Shown: piece after piece, positions 47,768-57,895 of the stretch
Position numbering within the stretch: position 1 is the stretch's first letter
How the letters are laid out: each line of letters begins with the position of its first letter
Assembly (NCBI GenBank): GCA_004212155.1
Contig: RXIG01000008.1
Span: forward strand, 31,827 to 95,826
DNA: 64,000 bases
DNA from: an archaeon
GTDB lineage: Archaea; Methanobacteriota_B; Thermococci; Methanofastidiosales; NM3
Reading direction: 5' to 3'
Notes under the pieces: generated by a model
The model's database searches: none
What the model saw: only the letters and a program-made list of their open reading frames with translations
Told to the model about the DNA's origin: nothing
Program-made: the position numbers and the translations under genes

Positions 47768-49659
47768 GTGTCATCACCCCTGGTCGAGTATATGGCGCTG
47801 ACAGGACACATCTTCGCACAGACCATGCAGCCGTTGCACAGTTCCGATCGTATCGTGCTCTTGCCTGTCGCGGTATCGAGTTCTATTGCGGGGCAGTGTA
47901 CTCCCCGTATGCATGCGTAGATGTTCTGGCACGTGTCGTGGGAGACCTCGTTGGGAACGATCGGCGTCCCTGCATGACGCTTGAGCCTGTCATTGTAGAG
48001 CGCGCATGGGCCGTGGGAGATCACCACCGAGACGCCGCGGTAGGAAAGCGCCTCCTTGAACGTCTCGACGTTGTCCTTGGGCTCAAACGCGCTCACCTCG
48101 GCGACATGCGGCACGCCAAGTCCCTTCACGACCGACGGGATGTCAAGCTTCGTGACGGGGGCCGCACCGAAGTCGGAGCCCGGATTGGGCTGCTGTCCCG
48201 TCATCGCCGTCACCGAGTTGTTGAGTATCACGAGGGTGAGGTCGTGGTTGTTGTGCACGGCGCTGAGAAGGCCAGGGATGGCGGCATGGAAGAAGGTCGA
48301 GTCCCCGACAAATGCCACGACCTTGTCGTTGAGCACATGCTGCATGCCGCTTGAGAGCCCGAGAGAGGCGCCCATGCACAGCAGCGAATCGGTCACCTCG
48401 TACGGCTCGAGGAGGAACATCGAGTAGCAGCCGATGTCGTTGTTGAGCACATACGGCGTCTCCTTGAGCGCCTGCTGTACTGCCCAGAACGTGCCCCGAT
48501 GCGGACATCCTGGACAGAAGATGGGCGACCTGACGGGGAGGCCTTCCTTGAGCGACTCGGCGCGCGACATCACATCGGCATACGAGTCGGCAGATGCAAT
48601 GTCAAGCGATGATGCGATGCCCGCTCTGACGATGGGCACGTTGTATTCGCCGACGAGGGGAAAGTCGCCCGAGAGCTTGCCGCGTATCTCCACATCAATG
48701 CGCCTCTCGTGCGCGATCGACCTTATCTCGCGCTCGAGGTACGGCATGAGCTCCTCGACGATGACAATCCGCCGCTTGTCCTTGAGAAACGTGCCTATCA
48801 GGTCCGAGGGCAACGGGTGCGTCGTCGCCAGCTTGAGCACATGGGGGCGTGAATCCATCGTCTCGAGCGCCTCGCGGACATAGAGGTAGGACACCCCCGA
48901 CGTGATGATGCCGACTTCGCCCTCTCCGGCCTCGATGATGTTGAACGCGCTCTGCTCGAACTCCTCGCGGATATGGGACAGCCGCTCCAGCGCCTCCCCC
49001 TTGAGGCGCCGCGCCGTGGCGGCAAGCGTGTAGTAATGGGCGCCGACGTCCTTCCAGCTGGCACGGTGAAACGGCGAGCGCTTGATCTCTCCCACCGACA
49101 CGATGGCGCTTTGGTGGTTCACGCGCGTCGTCGTCCTGACGAGCACGAGCGTTGAGTACTTCTCTGACAGCTCAAATCCCCATTTTGTCATCTCGTAGGC
49201 TTCCTGGGCCGTGGACGGTTCGAGCATGGGGACGTGCGCGGGATATGCATAGAATCGCCCGTCCTGTTCGCTCTGCGACGAATGTGCATGTGGGTCATCG
49301 GCGACGAGAAGCACCATGCCTCCTCTCACGCCCGTGTATCCGACGCTGAAGAACGCATCGCTTGCCACGTTGAGGCCCACGCTCTTCATCGACGTGAACG
49401 ACCGCACTCCGGCAAGCGAGGCGCCAACAGCGGTCTCGAACGCGACCTTCTCATTGGCGCTGACCTCCATCGTGAGGTCCTTGAACTCCCCTGAAAACAT
49501 CGATACGGTATCGAGTATCTCGCTCGTTGGAGACCCCGGATAAAACGCGGCGACCTTGACGTCGCTTTCCACCACCGCACGCGCAATGGCCTCGTTGGCC
49601 AGCATGAACGCAGTAGTCGGCGCGGCGGATATCAAATCCTTTTTGGCAATAGAGAACAC
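47764..49659 (-). CDS. iorA: Indolepyruvate:ferredoxin oxidoreductase alpha subunit
   Basis: NEAIARA, YPGSPTSEI, NEKVA, MKSVGLNVA, FCPGCPHR, DIGCY, GDSTFFH, C-terminal ferredoxin. Confidence 0.95.
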   Translation of the reverse strand: MFSIAKKDLISAAPTTAFMLANEAIARAVVESDVKVAAFYPGSPTSEILDTVSMFSGEFKDLTMEVSANEKVAFETAVGASLAGVRSFTSMKSVGLNVASDAFFSVGYTGVRGGMVLLVADDPHAHSSQSEQDGRFYAYPAHVPMLEPSTAQEAYEMTKWGFELSEKYSTLVLVRTTTRVNHQSAIVSVGEIKRSPFHRASWKDVGAHYYTLAATARRLKGEALERLSHIREEFEQSAFNIIEAGEGEVGIITSGVSYLYVREALETMDSRPHVLKLATTHPLPSDLIGTFLKDKRRIVIVEELMPYLEREIRSIAHERRIDVEIRGKLSGDFPLVGEYNVPIVRAGIASSLDIASADSYADVMSRAESLKEGLPVRSPIFCPGCPHRGTFWAVQQALKETPYVLNNDIGCYSMFLLEPYEVTDSLLCMGASLGLSSGMQHVLNDKVVAFVGDSTFFHAAIPGLLSAVHNNHDLTLVILNNSVTAMTGQQPNPGSDFGAAPVTKLDIPSVVKGLGVPHVAEVSAFEPKDNVETFKEALSYRGVSVVISHGPCALYNDRLKRHAGTPIVPNEVSHDTCQNIYACIRGVHCPAIELDTATGKSTIRSELCNGCMVCAKMCPVSAIYSTRGDDT

Positions 49660-49755
49660 CCCATATAATGATGAATGTCCAGATATATATTATTTGTCAA
49701 CCAAGAATTAAGCTACATTTTTATAGATGCGATGCCCATCCTCAGTAGTGATACC

Positions 49756-49941
49756 ATGGCTGACGAGATAAAAAGCTGCAGGCTGGGCGAGAAGACCGTA
49801 TGCCCGCGCTGCAACCACTCCTTCGTTCCTGACGAGGAGATGGTCGAAGAAAAAGAACGGGAAAGGGAGGGCGGACGAGACGAGCTCAATGCCCTCATAT
49901 CATGCCCCGTGTGCGGATCGAAGATGAAGCTCAACTTCTAA
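49756..49941 (+). CDS. Small zinc-finger protein
   Basis: CPRC...CPVCG with acidic spacer; GTGATACC upstream. Confidence 0.65.
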   Translation: MADEIKSCRLGEKTVCPRCNHSFVPDEEMVEEKEREREGGRDELNALISCPVCGSKMKLNF

Positions 49942-49945
49942 CGCC

Positions 49946-50443
49946 TTACCAGGCGTACTTTTCCTTCGCCCACACGTCCTCGAGGGGGTCCTTTGGTTTT
50001 TGGGAATGTTCACCCTTCGGGTAGCCGACGGTGAGGAGCGCGACGATGCGCTTGTCGCCTGGCACGCCAAGAAGCTTTTTGACCTCGTCCTCCTTGAACG
50101 CGCCGACCCAGCAGCTTCCGAGCCCGCACTCGACGGCCTCGAGCACGATATGTTCGAATGCGATCGCCACGTCGACATCGGCCCAGTTCGTGACGGTGGG
50201 GTCTGCGACGCCGGCAATGAGGATGGGCGCCTCGGCGATCCACTTCTGCCCGTTGCACGCCTCGATCATTGCTGGATCCCTTCCGGGGTTCTCGATGACG
50301 ACATATTTCCTGTGCTGCCTGTTGCGTGCGGAGGGCGAGAGCCGTGCCGCCTCGATAAGTGCCATGATCGTTGCATCGTCTATTGGGCGTTCCTCGTAGC
50401 TTCGAACACTACATCTCTTCCTAATAGCATCCATTAATTCCAT
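49946..50443 (-). CDS. Nitroreductase family protein
   Basis: RCSVRSY, SPSARNRQ, GLGSCWVG, VGYP. Confidence 0.9.
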   Translation of the reverse strand: MELMDAIRKRCSVRSYEERPIDDATIMALIEAARLSPSARNRQHRKYVVIENPGRDPAMIEACNGQKWIAEAPILIAGVADPTVTNWADVDVAIAFEHIVLEAVECGLGSCWVGAFKEDEVKKLLGVPGDKRIVALLTVGYPKGEHSQKPKDPLEDVWAKEKYAW

Positions 50444-50615
50444 TCTATCACCGTAGATACGTCTATAGGGGGGTATTAAATAGTTACGCCAGCACATCGC
50501 GTCGAAGTCAACGGGGACGAAAGCGTCGCGCCTGAAAGAGAAATCTTATATGTAGAAAGAAAAATAGGAACGTAACGAGATGCGCTCCGGCGCGCGACAC
50601 GACTGGGTGAATCAA

Positions 50616-50966
50616 ATGACATCGCGGCAGAAACAGAAGGGATACCGTTACGAGAAAAAGACAGAAGAGTACCTCAACTGCATATGCGGTGTCACAGCGA
50701 AGCGTTCACTGGCATCGGGGGCCTATGGCAAGTACAGCAAGGAGCTTGACGGCGATGTGCAAGCAGAGATCTACAAGTGCACGTACAAGGTCGAATCCAA
50801 GGCACGCCAAAAGGACTTTCCCAAATGGATGGAACAGGCGTTCTCGCAGGCCGAGATCGTCTTCTTCTGGAAGCCGCGAAGCGAACCGGTCGTCGCGATG
50901 CCGTTTGATGTCTTCAAGAAGTTGCTCGAATCAAAGGACGATGATGTAGCAGGCCTGATCGATTGA
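50616..50966 (+). CDS. Holliday-junction-resolvase-like PD-(D/E)xK nuclease
   Basis: KGYRYE, R..ASGA, GDV, VESK. Confidence 0.7.
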   Translation: MTSRQKQKGYRYEKKTEEYLNCICGVTAKRSLASGAYGKYSKELDGDVQAEIYKCTYKVESKARQKDFPKWMEQAFSQAEIVFFWKPRSEPVVAMPFDVFKKLLESKDDDVAGLID

Positions 50967-50973
50967 AGGCATC

Positions 50974-51693
50974 ATGACTAATGGTTTGAAGACTATGATG
51001 AATGATCTCTTCGAAGGGCTTGACGTCGAACCGGTAGAGGAGGCAGACGAACAGGTCGCCCCAAGCTATGATAAAATCAGTGCGTTCTACGGTCCAATCG
51101 AACGTATCATCGAGAAAAGTGCACATGAAGCTGCGTTGAAGTTGCTTGATGCGCATCCAGGTGAGCATATTGCTGAGATAGGCATTGGGACAGGACATAC
51201 GCTCGCCGCCATAGCCGAATGCGTGGGTGAAAAGGGGCATGTCACGGGCATCGATATCACACCAGGTATGATATCCAGGTCACAAACCCACCTGATAGAT
51301 GCAGGGCTCATGAGCCGTGCTACGATCGTTGATGAGGATGCTAGGTCGCTATCATTTAAGGATAATACGTTTGATGGTGCTTACTGCGGATTCATGCTCG
51401 AACTTCTTAAAGAAAACGATATCAAACGAGTAGTTCACGAGCTGCAAAGGACATTACGCCCTGAAGGGAGGCTTGTCGCATTGAGCATGACAAAGGATGG
51501 ATGCGAGACATCGCTTTTCGTACGGACATATGAATGGTTTCATAGGCGTTTTCCCACACTGCTGGACTGCAGACCCATATACCTTGCTCATGCCCTAAAG
51601 CAATGCGGATTCATTATCGAAAATAAGCGCATGATGAATGTGTCCTATATCGTACCAGTAGAGGTCGTGCGGGCAATGCCAGAGAAGGAATGA
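50974..51693 (+). CDS. Class I SAM-dependent methyltransferase (UbiE-like)
   Basis: EIGIGTG, GIDITPGM, DARSL.F..FD, LRPEG. Confidence 0.85.
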   Translation: MTNGLKTMMNDLFEGLDVEPVEEADEQVAPSYDKISAFYGPIERIIEKSAHEAALKLLDAHPGEHIAEIGIGTGHTLAAIAECVGEKGHVTGIDITPGMISRSQTHLIDAGLMSRATIVDEDARSLSFKDNTFDGAYCGFMLELLKENDIKRVVHELQRTLRPEGRLVALSMTKDGCETSLFVRTYEWFHRRFPTLLDCRPIYLAHALKQCGFIIENKRMMNVSYIVPVEVVRAMPEKE

Positions 51694-51771
51694 TGGTGCT
51701 CCGACCGGGATTCGAACCCGGGTCTCAGGCTCGAGAGGCCTGGATGATTGACCGGACTACACTATCGGAGC
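51694..51771 (-). tRNA. tRNA-Glu (anticodon CTC), CCA encoded
   Basis: GCTCCGA acceptor stem, anticodon arm CAGGC-CTCTCGA-GCCTG, GGTTCGAATCC T-arm, 3' ACCA. Confidence 0.95.
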
Positions 51772-51890
51772 ACATGAAGTATTCATGCGTAGGAAAATGC
51801 GTTTATAAAGTTTTCGTTTTAACTTTTTTTCTAAGTTCTGATGCCACGCGGGCCTGGGCACCATTAATAAGCGATGCCGTACATGACCGT

Positions 51891-52619
51891 ATGATTTCCA
51901 TGCACATTGAGAAGAAGTATCTGGTCCAGGTGGGATTGCTATGCCTCATCGTCGTGGGCATATGGTGGCCGGGCGGATCGCCTACTGATACGCTCTATCA
52001 GGCCTCAACGCTCCACGAGCTTTTCGAGGGCAACTATGAGGGAAGATTCAGCTATGGTGACATCGCCGCAAACGGTGACTTCGGCCTTGGCACGTTCGAG
52101 GGTCTTGACGGCGAGATGGTGATGCTCGAGGGAATCATATACCACGTACGCGCAGACGGCACGGTGCTTGAGCGCTCAGGCGATGCGCTCACACCGTTCG
52201 CCCAGGTGACGCGATTCGATACCGACATCACGGCACGGTATGAGAACGTGGGGATCGATGAGCTTAACGCGACGATAACGTCGCTTATCCCCGATCGTTC
52301 GCTCATCTACGCCGTGAGGATAGACGGGACGTTCCCCTCGATGGAGGTGCGAAGCATCGCGAGGCAGGACCTGCCCTACCGTCCGCTCGACGAGGCTCTC
52401 GAGGAACAGGTCGTCTTCACCCTGGAAGATGTGAGGGGCACGATCGTCGGATTCTGGATGCCCCCGTCCATGGACGGCCCGAACGCGGCGGGATACCATC
52501 TCCATTTCATTACTGATGACAGGTCGGCGGGAGGCCATGTGCTCTCTTTCAGGGCAGGCGCCGTAGATGTGGCGCTTGACGAGACCTATGACGTGCGCCT
52601 CGCCCTCGCCGGGGAATGA
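51891..52619 (+). CDS. budA: Alpha-acetolactate decarboxylase with N-terminal TM/signal
   Basis: YQ.STL, GDFGLGTF..LDGEM, TPFA, GYHLHF....GGHV. Confidence 0.9.
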   Translation: MISMHIEKKYLVQVGLLCLIVVGIWWPGGSPTDTLYQASTLHELFEGNYEGRFSYGDIAANGDFGLGTFEGLDGEMVMLEGIIYHVRADGTVLERSGDALTPFAQVTRFDTDITARYENVGIDELNATITSLIPDRSLIYAVRIDGTFPSMEVRSIARQDLPYRPLDEALEEQVVFTLEDVRGTIVGFWMPPSMDGPNAAGYHLHFITDDRSAGGHVLSFRAGAVDVALDETYDVRLALAGE

Positions 52620-52633
52620 GAGGAACAAGCGCC

Positions 52634-54031
52634 CTAGTCGGATGTGGCCTTTTCCGCAACATCGTCGTGCACGAACGGCTCGCTGAGCCGCGAAAGGGCC
52701 CTGCGGAACCAAACATACCCGACGATGGCAGATATGAAGTCGCCCGTAGCGATCGAGAGCCACACGCCCACTACAGGGAAGTCGAATACGTAGATGAGCA
52801 AGAGCGCCATGGGCACCGACACGACGCCCGAACGGATGAACGCCAGTACGAACGATGGATAGCCCCGTCCGATGCCCTGGAATCCCGCGGCCGAGAGGAA
52901 CGAGAGCGGAAGGATGGGATAAAACGGCGCCAGCACGCGCAGGTATCCCACGCCGATCGAGATGACGCCCTCCTCATTGGTGAAGATGTTCATGATCTGC
53001 CCTGGAAAGGCGTAGAATACCACGAGGCACACGAGCATGAGGCCAACAAGCATCTTCATGGCATAGACGTTGATGCGCCGGATGTTGTCATAGAGCTGCG
53101 CACCCTTGAAGAACCCAACCGCGGAGACGAATGCGCTCGAGAGCCCGATCATCGGAAGGAAGACGAGCGACTCGACACGGAACCCCACGCCAAACGCAGC
53201 GAGCGCGTCACGGCCAAACGGTGCCAGTATCGAATTAAGGAAGAACAAAGAAAGCGAGAACGAGAGGGTTCCAAGCGAGGCGGGGAACCCCACGTCGACG
53301 ATACCTCGCAGTATCGACGTGCTGAATGAGAAGTGTTTCATGTCGAATCGCAGGAACGTGCTCTTTTTCACGAACAATAGATAGAATATGAATATGAACA
53401 CGAGGGCCCGTGACAACACCGTTGCGACTGCCGCACCGGCGACGCCCCAGTCGAGCACGAAGATGAAGATGGGGTCGAATATCACGTTGAGCACCGCTGC
53501 GATGCCCATGATGATCATGGGATGCTTCGTGTCGCCCTCGCCGCGCAACACGGCGTTTGCTATAACGGTGAGGTACATGAACACCGACCCAAGAAGGATC
53601 ACGAACAAGTATGCATACGCCTCATCGTAGACGGCAGGGGGGGCATCGAGGAATCCAAGAAGCGATGGGAGCGCCAGGAGCCCGACGATCGTCGTCGCTA
53701 CGGCGCCGATGAAGGCAAGAATGAGCGCATGCTCGGCCGCATTGTCGGCATCACGCAGATGCCTTCCCCCTATGGAGCGTGCTATGAGCGACTGTGCGCC
53801 GATGCCAAAGCCGCTGGCAAGCGCGATGATAAACACCTGGAACGGGAACGCAAGACTGACGCCAGCAAGCGAACTTGGGCCGAGCCGTCCGACGAATATG
53901 GTATCGACGATGTTGAAGCCGGTCTGGAAGGTGAACGCCACGATCATGGGCAGCGCGAGGCCGAGCAGGCCGCGCTCGGGGTGGTCCTGCAGCGTGACGA
54001 AGTGGGACGACCGTGTGGTGCGTTGTTCCAT
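52634..54031 (-). CDS. MATE family efflux transporter
   Basis: LALPMI, NIVDTIFVGRLG, LRGEGDTK.PM, NVIFDPIFI, about 12 TM. Confidence 0.92.
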   Translation of the reverse strand: MEQRTTRSSHFVTLQDHPERGLLGLALPMIVAFTFQTGFNIVDTIFVGRLGPSSLAGVSLAFPFQVFIIALASGFGIGAQSLIARSIGGRHLRDADNAAEHALILAFIGAVATTIVGLLALPSLLGFLDAPPAVYDEAYAYLFVILLGSVFMYLTVIANAVLRGEGDTKHPMIIMGIAAVLNVIFDPIFIFVLDWGVAGAAVATVLSRALVFIFIFYLLFVKKSTFLRFDMKHFSFSTSILRGIVDVGFPASLGTLSFSLSLFFLNSILAPFGRDALAAFGVGFRVESLVFLPMIGLSSAFVSAVGFFKGAQLYDNIRRINVYAMKMLVGLMLVCLVVFYAFPGQIMNIFTNEEGVISIGVGYLRVLAPFYPILPLSFLSAAGFQGIGRGYPSFVLAFIRSGVVSVPMALLLIYVFDFPVVGVWLSIATGDFISAIVGYVWFRRALSRLSEPFVHDDVAEKATSD

Positions 54032-54146
54032 GATCTCACAGGGAGCTAGTTTCAATACTACGTTTAAAAGTCTTATCGGGCTTCGAGCAATGCGAACGGG
54101 CCACTTCACGCGAAATATTTTAAAAGGGAACGACGGCATCACATCC

Positions 54147-55232
54147 ATGGAGGATGCACCGCGACTCTGCCCGTTTTGTGCCGATCGGCTTGGCATCGCC
54201 GACTACAGGGAGGGCCGCTGCGAGATCTGCAACGACACATGCATGGACACGTCTCTTGCCGACACCATCGATCCCACGTTCGAATATCACACGTTCAACG
54301 TCGGCGTCGTGCTGCCAAAGGACGTCGTCGAACGCGACGAGGCGTTCGTGCGAGAGCACGAGCTCGCCCATGCACATGGTATCAAGACCGCTCTCAATCG
54401 TGCGCTGCGCTCGCGACTCAGCGAACGGCTCAACGCACAGGCCGACACCGAGGACCCCGATGTCATCTTCGAGATCGACCATATCAAGGGACGGGTGTTC
54501 TATAGGATCAAGTCGCTTGCCCTGTGCGGCCGCTACAGGAAGGAGGTGCGCACCATCCCCCAGACCAGGTGGTGGTGCACGAAGTGCAGGGGAAGGGGAT
54601 GCGAACACTGCGGCCACACGGGAAAGATGTATCCCACCTCTGTCGAGGAGATCGTGAGCGCCCCCATCATGCGCGTCGCCAGCGGAAGGAAGACGAAGTT
54701 CCATGGGGCAGGACGCGAGGACATCGACGTGCGCATGCTCGGAGAGGGACGTCCGTTCGTCCTGGAGATCATCAATCCCAAGGTGCGCACGCTTGACCTG
54801 GAAGCGCTCCAGGATGAGATAAACAAGGACGAGCGCGTACACGTGTACGATCTTCGACCCTGTGAAAAGGCGCGTATCGAGAAGCTCAAAAACACGAAAT
54901 ATAGAAAAACATACAGAGCCCATATCGATAAAAAACTTTCAAATAATGAGATTGAGCTTATAGAAAAAAAATTAGAGACTGAAATACGTCAAAGAACGCC
55001 AATAAGGGTTTCACACAGAAGAAGCGATAAAATACGAAAGAGAAAAGTTTATAAAGTAAGGGGAAATAACAATAAAACTACAGTACTGGAGATATATTGT
55101 GACGGCGGCCTTTATATTAAGGAGCTAATATCAGGTGATGAAGGCCGAACGAATCCCAGTGTTTCCAGCATTCTTGGTACACATGTGCGCTGTACTGCGC
55201 TTGACGTGCTCGAGGTACACTGTGATTTGTGA
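54147..55232 (+). CDS. pus10: tRNA pseudouridine(54/55) synthase Pus10
   Basis: GRY.K.VR.IPQT.W, FHGAGREDIDVRMLG.GRPF, QRTP.RV.HRR, GGLYIKELISGD.GRT.PS. Confidence 0.95.
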   Translation: MEDAPRLCPFCADRLGIADYREGRCEICNDTCMDTSLADTIDPTFEYHTFNVGVVLPKDVVERDEAFVREHELAHAHGIKTALNRALRSRLSERLNAQADTEDPDVIFEIDHIKGRVFYRIKSLALCGRYRKEVRTIPQTRWWCTKCRGRGCEHCGHTGKMYPTSVEEIVSAPIMRVASGRKTKFHGAGREDIDVRMLGEGRPFVLEIINPKVRTLDLEALQDEINKDERVHVYDLRPCEKARIEKLKNTKYRKTYRAHIDKKLSNNEIELIEKKLETEIRQRTPIRVSHRRSDKIRKRKVYKVRGNNNKTTVLEIYCDGGLYIKELISGDEGRTNPSVSSILGTHVRCTALDVLEVHCDL

Positions 55233-55250
55233 CGAGATGTGGTGATTGAT

Positions 55251-55547
55251 ATGACACTTAGATCCAAAGGATTCAGAAGTAAGACGAGATCGAAGCTCTC
55301 AAAGCGAAGGAGAGACAGGGGAATGCTTCCGATAACACGCTCATTGGCCATCTTCGACGTTGGTCAGACGGTGCACATAGTGCTCGAACCGTCCGTGCAC
55401 AAGGGCATGCCCCATCCTCGTTTCCACGGCAAGACCGGCAAGGTCGTAGAGCGAAGGGGAAGAAGCTACCTTCTCCAAGTACGTGAGGGTGACGCAAGGA
55501 AGCTCATCATCTCACGACCCGAGCATCTCAAAGCTCAAACACAGTGA
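55251..55547 (+). CDS. rpl21e: 50S ribosomal protein L21e
   Basis: SKGFRSKTR, PSVHKGMPHPRFHGKTG, RPEHL. Confidence 0.97.
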   Translation: MTLRSKGFRSKTRSKLSKRRRDRGMLPITRSLAIFDVGQTVHIVLEPSVHKGMPHPRFHGKTGKVVERRGRSYLLQVREGDARKLIISRPEHLKAQTQ

Positions 55548-55552
55548 TATGC

Positions 55553-55891
55553 ATGATTGGCAAAAAGATAATCGACGAACAGTACGTGACCCAGGCTCGC
55601 GCGAAGGAAATACTCGAGAAGCGCGAGGAAGGCATCGAACCACTCTATGAGCAAAAGACGGCGCTCATCATACTCAACAGGTTTACCCACATCACTGCAA
55701 GCGATGCCGAGGAAATGGTTGAAAAGATACGGGAAGGAGTACCCCGTATAAAGACAGAGAACATCGTGAAAATCGTCGATTTGATGCCACAGGACAAGGA
55801 TGACCTCAACGTTCTTTTTTCAAAGGAAAGGGTAATACTCACCGATGACGAAGTAGCTACGATTCTTGAGATAGTCGACAACTACCGCTGA
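55553..55891 (+). CDS. rpoF: RNA polymerase subunit F (Rpo4)
   Basis: MIGKKII, LYEQ, KIVDLMP; conserved position after rpl21e. Confidence 0.92.
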   Translation: MIGKKIIDEQYVTQARAKEILEKREEGIEPLYEQKTALIILNRFTHITASDAEEMVEKIREGVPRIKTENIVKIVDLMPQDKDDLNVLFSKERVILTDDEVATILEIVDNYR

Positions 55892-55925
55892 TACATGTGG
55901 CCACAACTTGAGGTGAGACGTTTTT

Positions 55926-56477
55926 ATGAGTCCAAAGAAATATGAAACGGAAGCCATAGTGCTCGATTATCTTCCAAGCGGGCACTACGGGGACGGGATG
56001 CCCTCCTACAAGAGGGTGCCCATAGCGCAGCTTTTGGGAACGAACTTCTTTTCGCTTCTCGAGGTCGTGCCAAAAGAAGAGCTCTCCACGTATGATCGGG
56101 TCTTCATTGGCAAGGGCGACAGGGCAAAGATATCCCATGTCAAGCGAAGGGTGCACTACAATGAGCTGACATCGTATGCCAAGTCCGAGCTCGAGGAGAT
56201 ACTCAAGGTGGTTGTTACCGAACAGGAAGAGCGGTTCGTACGGTTCTTCAACAACGCCCGCCCCATCTCCATCAGGTCACACCAGCTCGAGTTGTTGCCT
56301 GGCATAGGGAAAAAGCTCATGAAGGAGCTGCTTGCCGAGCGGGAGAAGAAACCGTTCGAGAGCTTCCACGACATCCAAGAACGCGTGGGCTCTGTGCCCG
56401 ATCCGGTGCACATGCTCGTCAAGCGCATCCTCGCAGAGCTCAACGAGGAAGACAGGTACAAGGTCTTCGTACGCTAG
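55926..56477 (+). CDS. DUF655 family putative RNA-binding protein
   Basis: VLDYLP.G, LLE, R.HQLELLPGIGKK, PFESF; rpl21e-rpoF-DUF655-rsmA synteny. Confidence 0.9.
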   Translation: MSPKKYETEAIVLDYLPSGHYGDGMPSYKRVPIAQLLGTNFFSLLEVVPKEELSTYDRVFIGKGDRAKISHVKRRVHYNELTSYAKSELEEILKVVVTEQEERFVRFFNNARPISIRSHQLELLPGIGKKLMKELLAEREKKPFESFHDIQERVGSVPDPVHMLVKRILAELNEEDRYKVFVR

Positions 56478-56539
56478 AGGACACTTGACCATACAATTCT
56501 TTTTATGATTCATCTTCCATAAGCACTAGTGATACAACC

Positions 56540-57337
56540 ATGTTCAAGGACCCACGGCCACTATTGAAGCGCCACGGACTCGAGGCGAAAAAGCACCATT
56601 CGCAAAACTTCCTCATCTCACCACGGGTCGTCTCGGTAATGGCATCATATGCCCGGGGCACCGTGCTCGAGGTGGGGCCAGGCGTCGGAACGCTTACCGA
56701 TGCGCTCGCAGAACGGGCAGAGCGCGTCATAGCGATCGAGAAGGACCCCTACCTGTGCTCGGTGTTGGAGCAGGAGTATTCGTGGGCAAACGTCGAGGTG
56801 ATCAATCGCGACGTTCTGGAAGGGGAGCTGCCCGCATTTGACGTCTGCATATCGTCAGTGCCCTATGCCATCTCGTCGCCGCTGTTGTTCAAGTTGCTCG
56901 ATGAGCCGTTTGATACGCTCGTCTTGCTGCTCCAACGCGAGTTCGTGGACCGGCTCGTGGGACGGGGCGAACCGTCGCGACTCACCTTCATGGCGCAGAG
57001 CATGGCCGATGCGCGAAACGTGCTAGCGGTGCCAAGGACCAAGTTCTACCCCCCGCCACGCGTGGACTCCGCCGTAGTCGAGATCGTTCCCAACCGGAAG
57101 TTCGAGGTCGACGCATGGTACCGTCGAACCGTCGAGGGCCTGCTCACCCACAAGCGCAAGCGCGTTCACAATGCGCTCGTCGACAGCAGGGCAATATTTA
57201 ACAAAGGAAAGGACGAAATGAAAAGCATCGCAAAGAACGCGCCCCATGCACGAACGCGTGTCGTCGAACTCGACATCCATGAGGTGCGGGAGATAGCTGA
57301 TTATCTCAACAGCGAGTGTTTTGAAGAAGGTGGGTAG
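56540..57337 (+). CDS. rsmA: 16S rRNA adenine dimethyltransferase RsmA/KsgA
   Basis: QNFL, LEVGPG.G.LT, IEKD, PYAISS, FYPPPRVDS. Confidence 0.93.
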   Translation: MFKDPRPLLKRHGLEAKKHHSQNFLISPRVVSVMASYARGTVLEVGPGVGTLTDALAERAERVIAIEKDPYLCSVLEQEYSWANVEVINRDVLEGELPAFDVCISSVPYAISSPLLFKLLDEPFDTLVLLLQREFVDRLVGRGEPSRLTFMAQSMADARNVLAVPRTKFYPPPRVDSAVVEIVPNRKFEVDAWYRRTVEGLLTHKRKRVHNALVDSRAIFNKGKDEMKSIAKNAPHARTRVVELDIHEVREIADYLNSECFEEGG

Positions 57338-57895
57338 ATGGAGCTCAGTGAACAGGTCTTGGATCGTATACGTTCGGTCCCTGGCGTATTGCATGCCCAG
57401 GAACTGGATGAGAGGCAACGCATTATGGTAAAGAAGCTTGAGAAGCAGGCGGAAAACACCGGCGCAGCTGGTGGACTCATGGAGTTTGTCAACGAGGGCG
57501 TATGGGAAGCGCTCGCCCGGGAGCATGTGATCCTCATCGTCGCAGACAACGAGCAGGGATTTCGCGACCCACCCGAACCGTGGACGCTCATGGTCGATGA
57601 GAAGAAAAACGTCATCGGCGAGTGGCTGCATCCCGAGAGGATCGAGGGATTCAAGGAAAAAAAGAACGTGCAGTTCATCAGCAGCGACTTCGTCCTCTAC
57701 ACAGACAGGAAACGCACGGGAAAATGCTATTTCCTGCTGCCAGGCATATCATTTCCCGAGATCGAGGACGTGGTCGGCGTAGACAACGTGGTGAGCGGCA
57801 GCGTTTCGCCGCCCGCGGACGCCTACCTGAAAAAGGAAGTAAATATGACCGAGAACTACTGGACGATACTGGTGGGATACGATGAATCAGATTGA
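57338..57895 (+). CDS. Conserved hypothetical protein
   Basis: Abuts rsmA, coding-like composition; no recognised motif. Confidence 0.7.
   Translation: MELSEQVLDRIRSVPGVLHAQELDERQRIMVKKLEKQAENTGAAGGLMEFVNEGVWEALAREHVILIVADNEQGFRDPPEPWTLMVDEKKNVIGEWLHPERIEGFKEKKNVQFISSDFVLYTDRKRTGKCYFLLPGISFPEIEDVVGVDNVVSGSVSPPADAYLKKEVNMTENYWTILVGYDESD

Noticed and set aside
51690-51890. N-terminal extension of the acetolactate decarboxylase ORF (also extensions of the pus10, MATE, PiT and binding-protein ORFs)
   Set aside because: They overlap the tRNA, promoters or opposite-strand genes; downstream ATGs fit family lengths.
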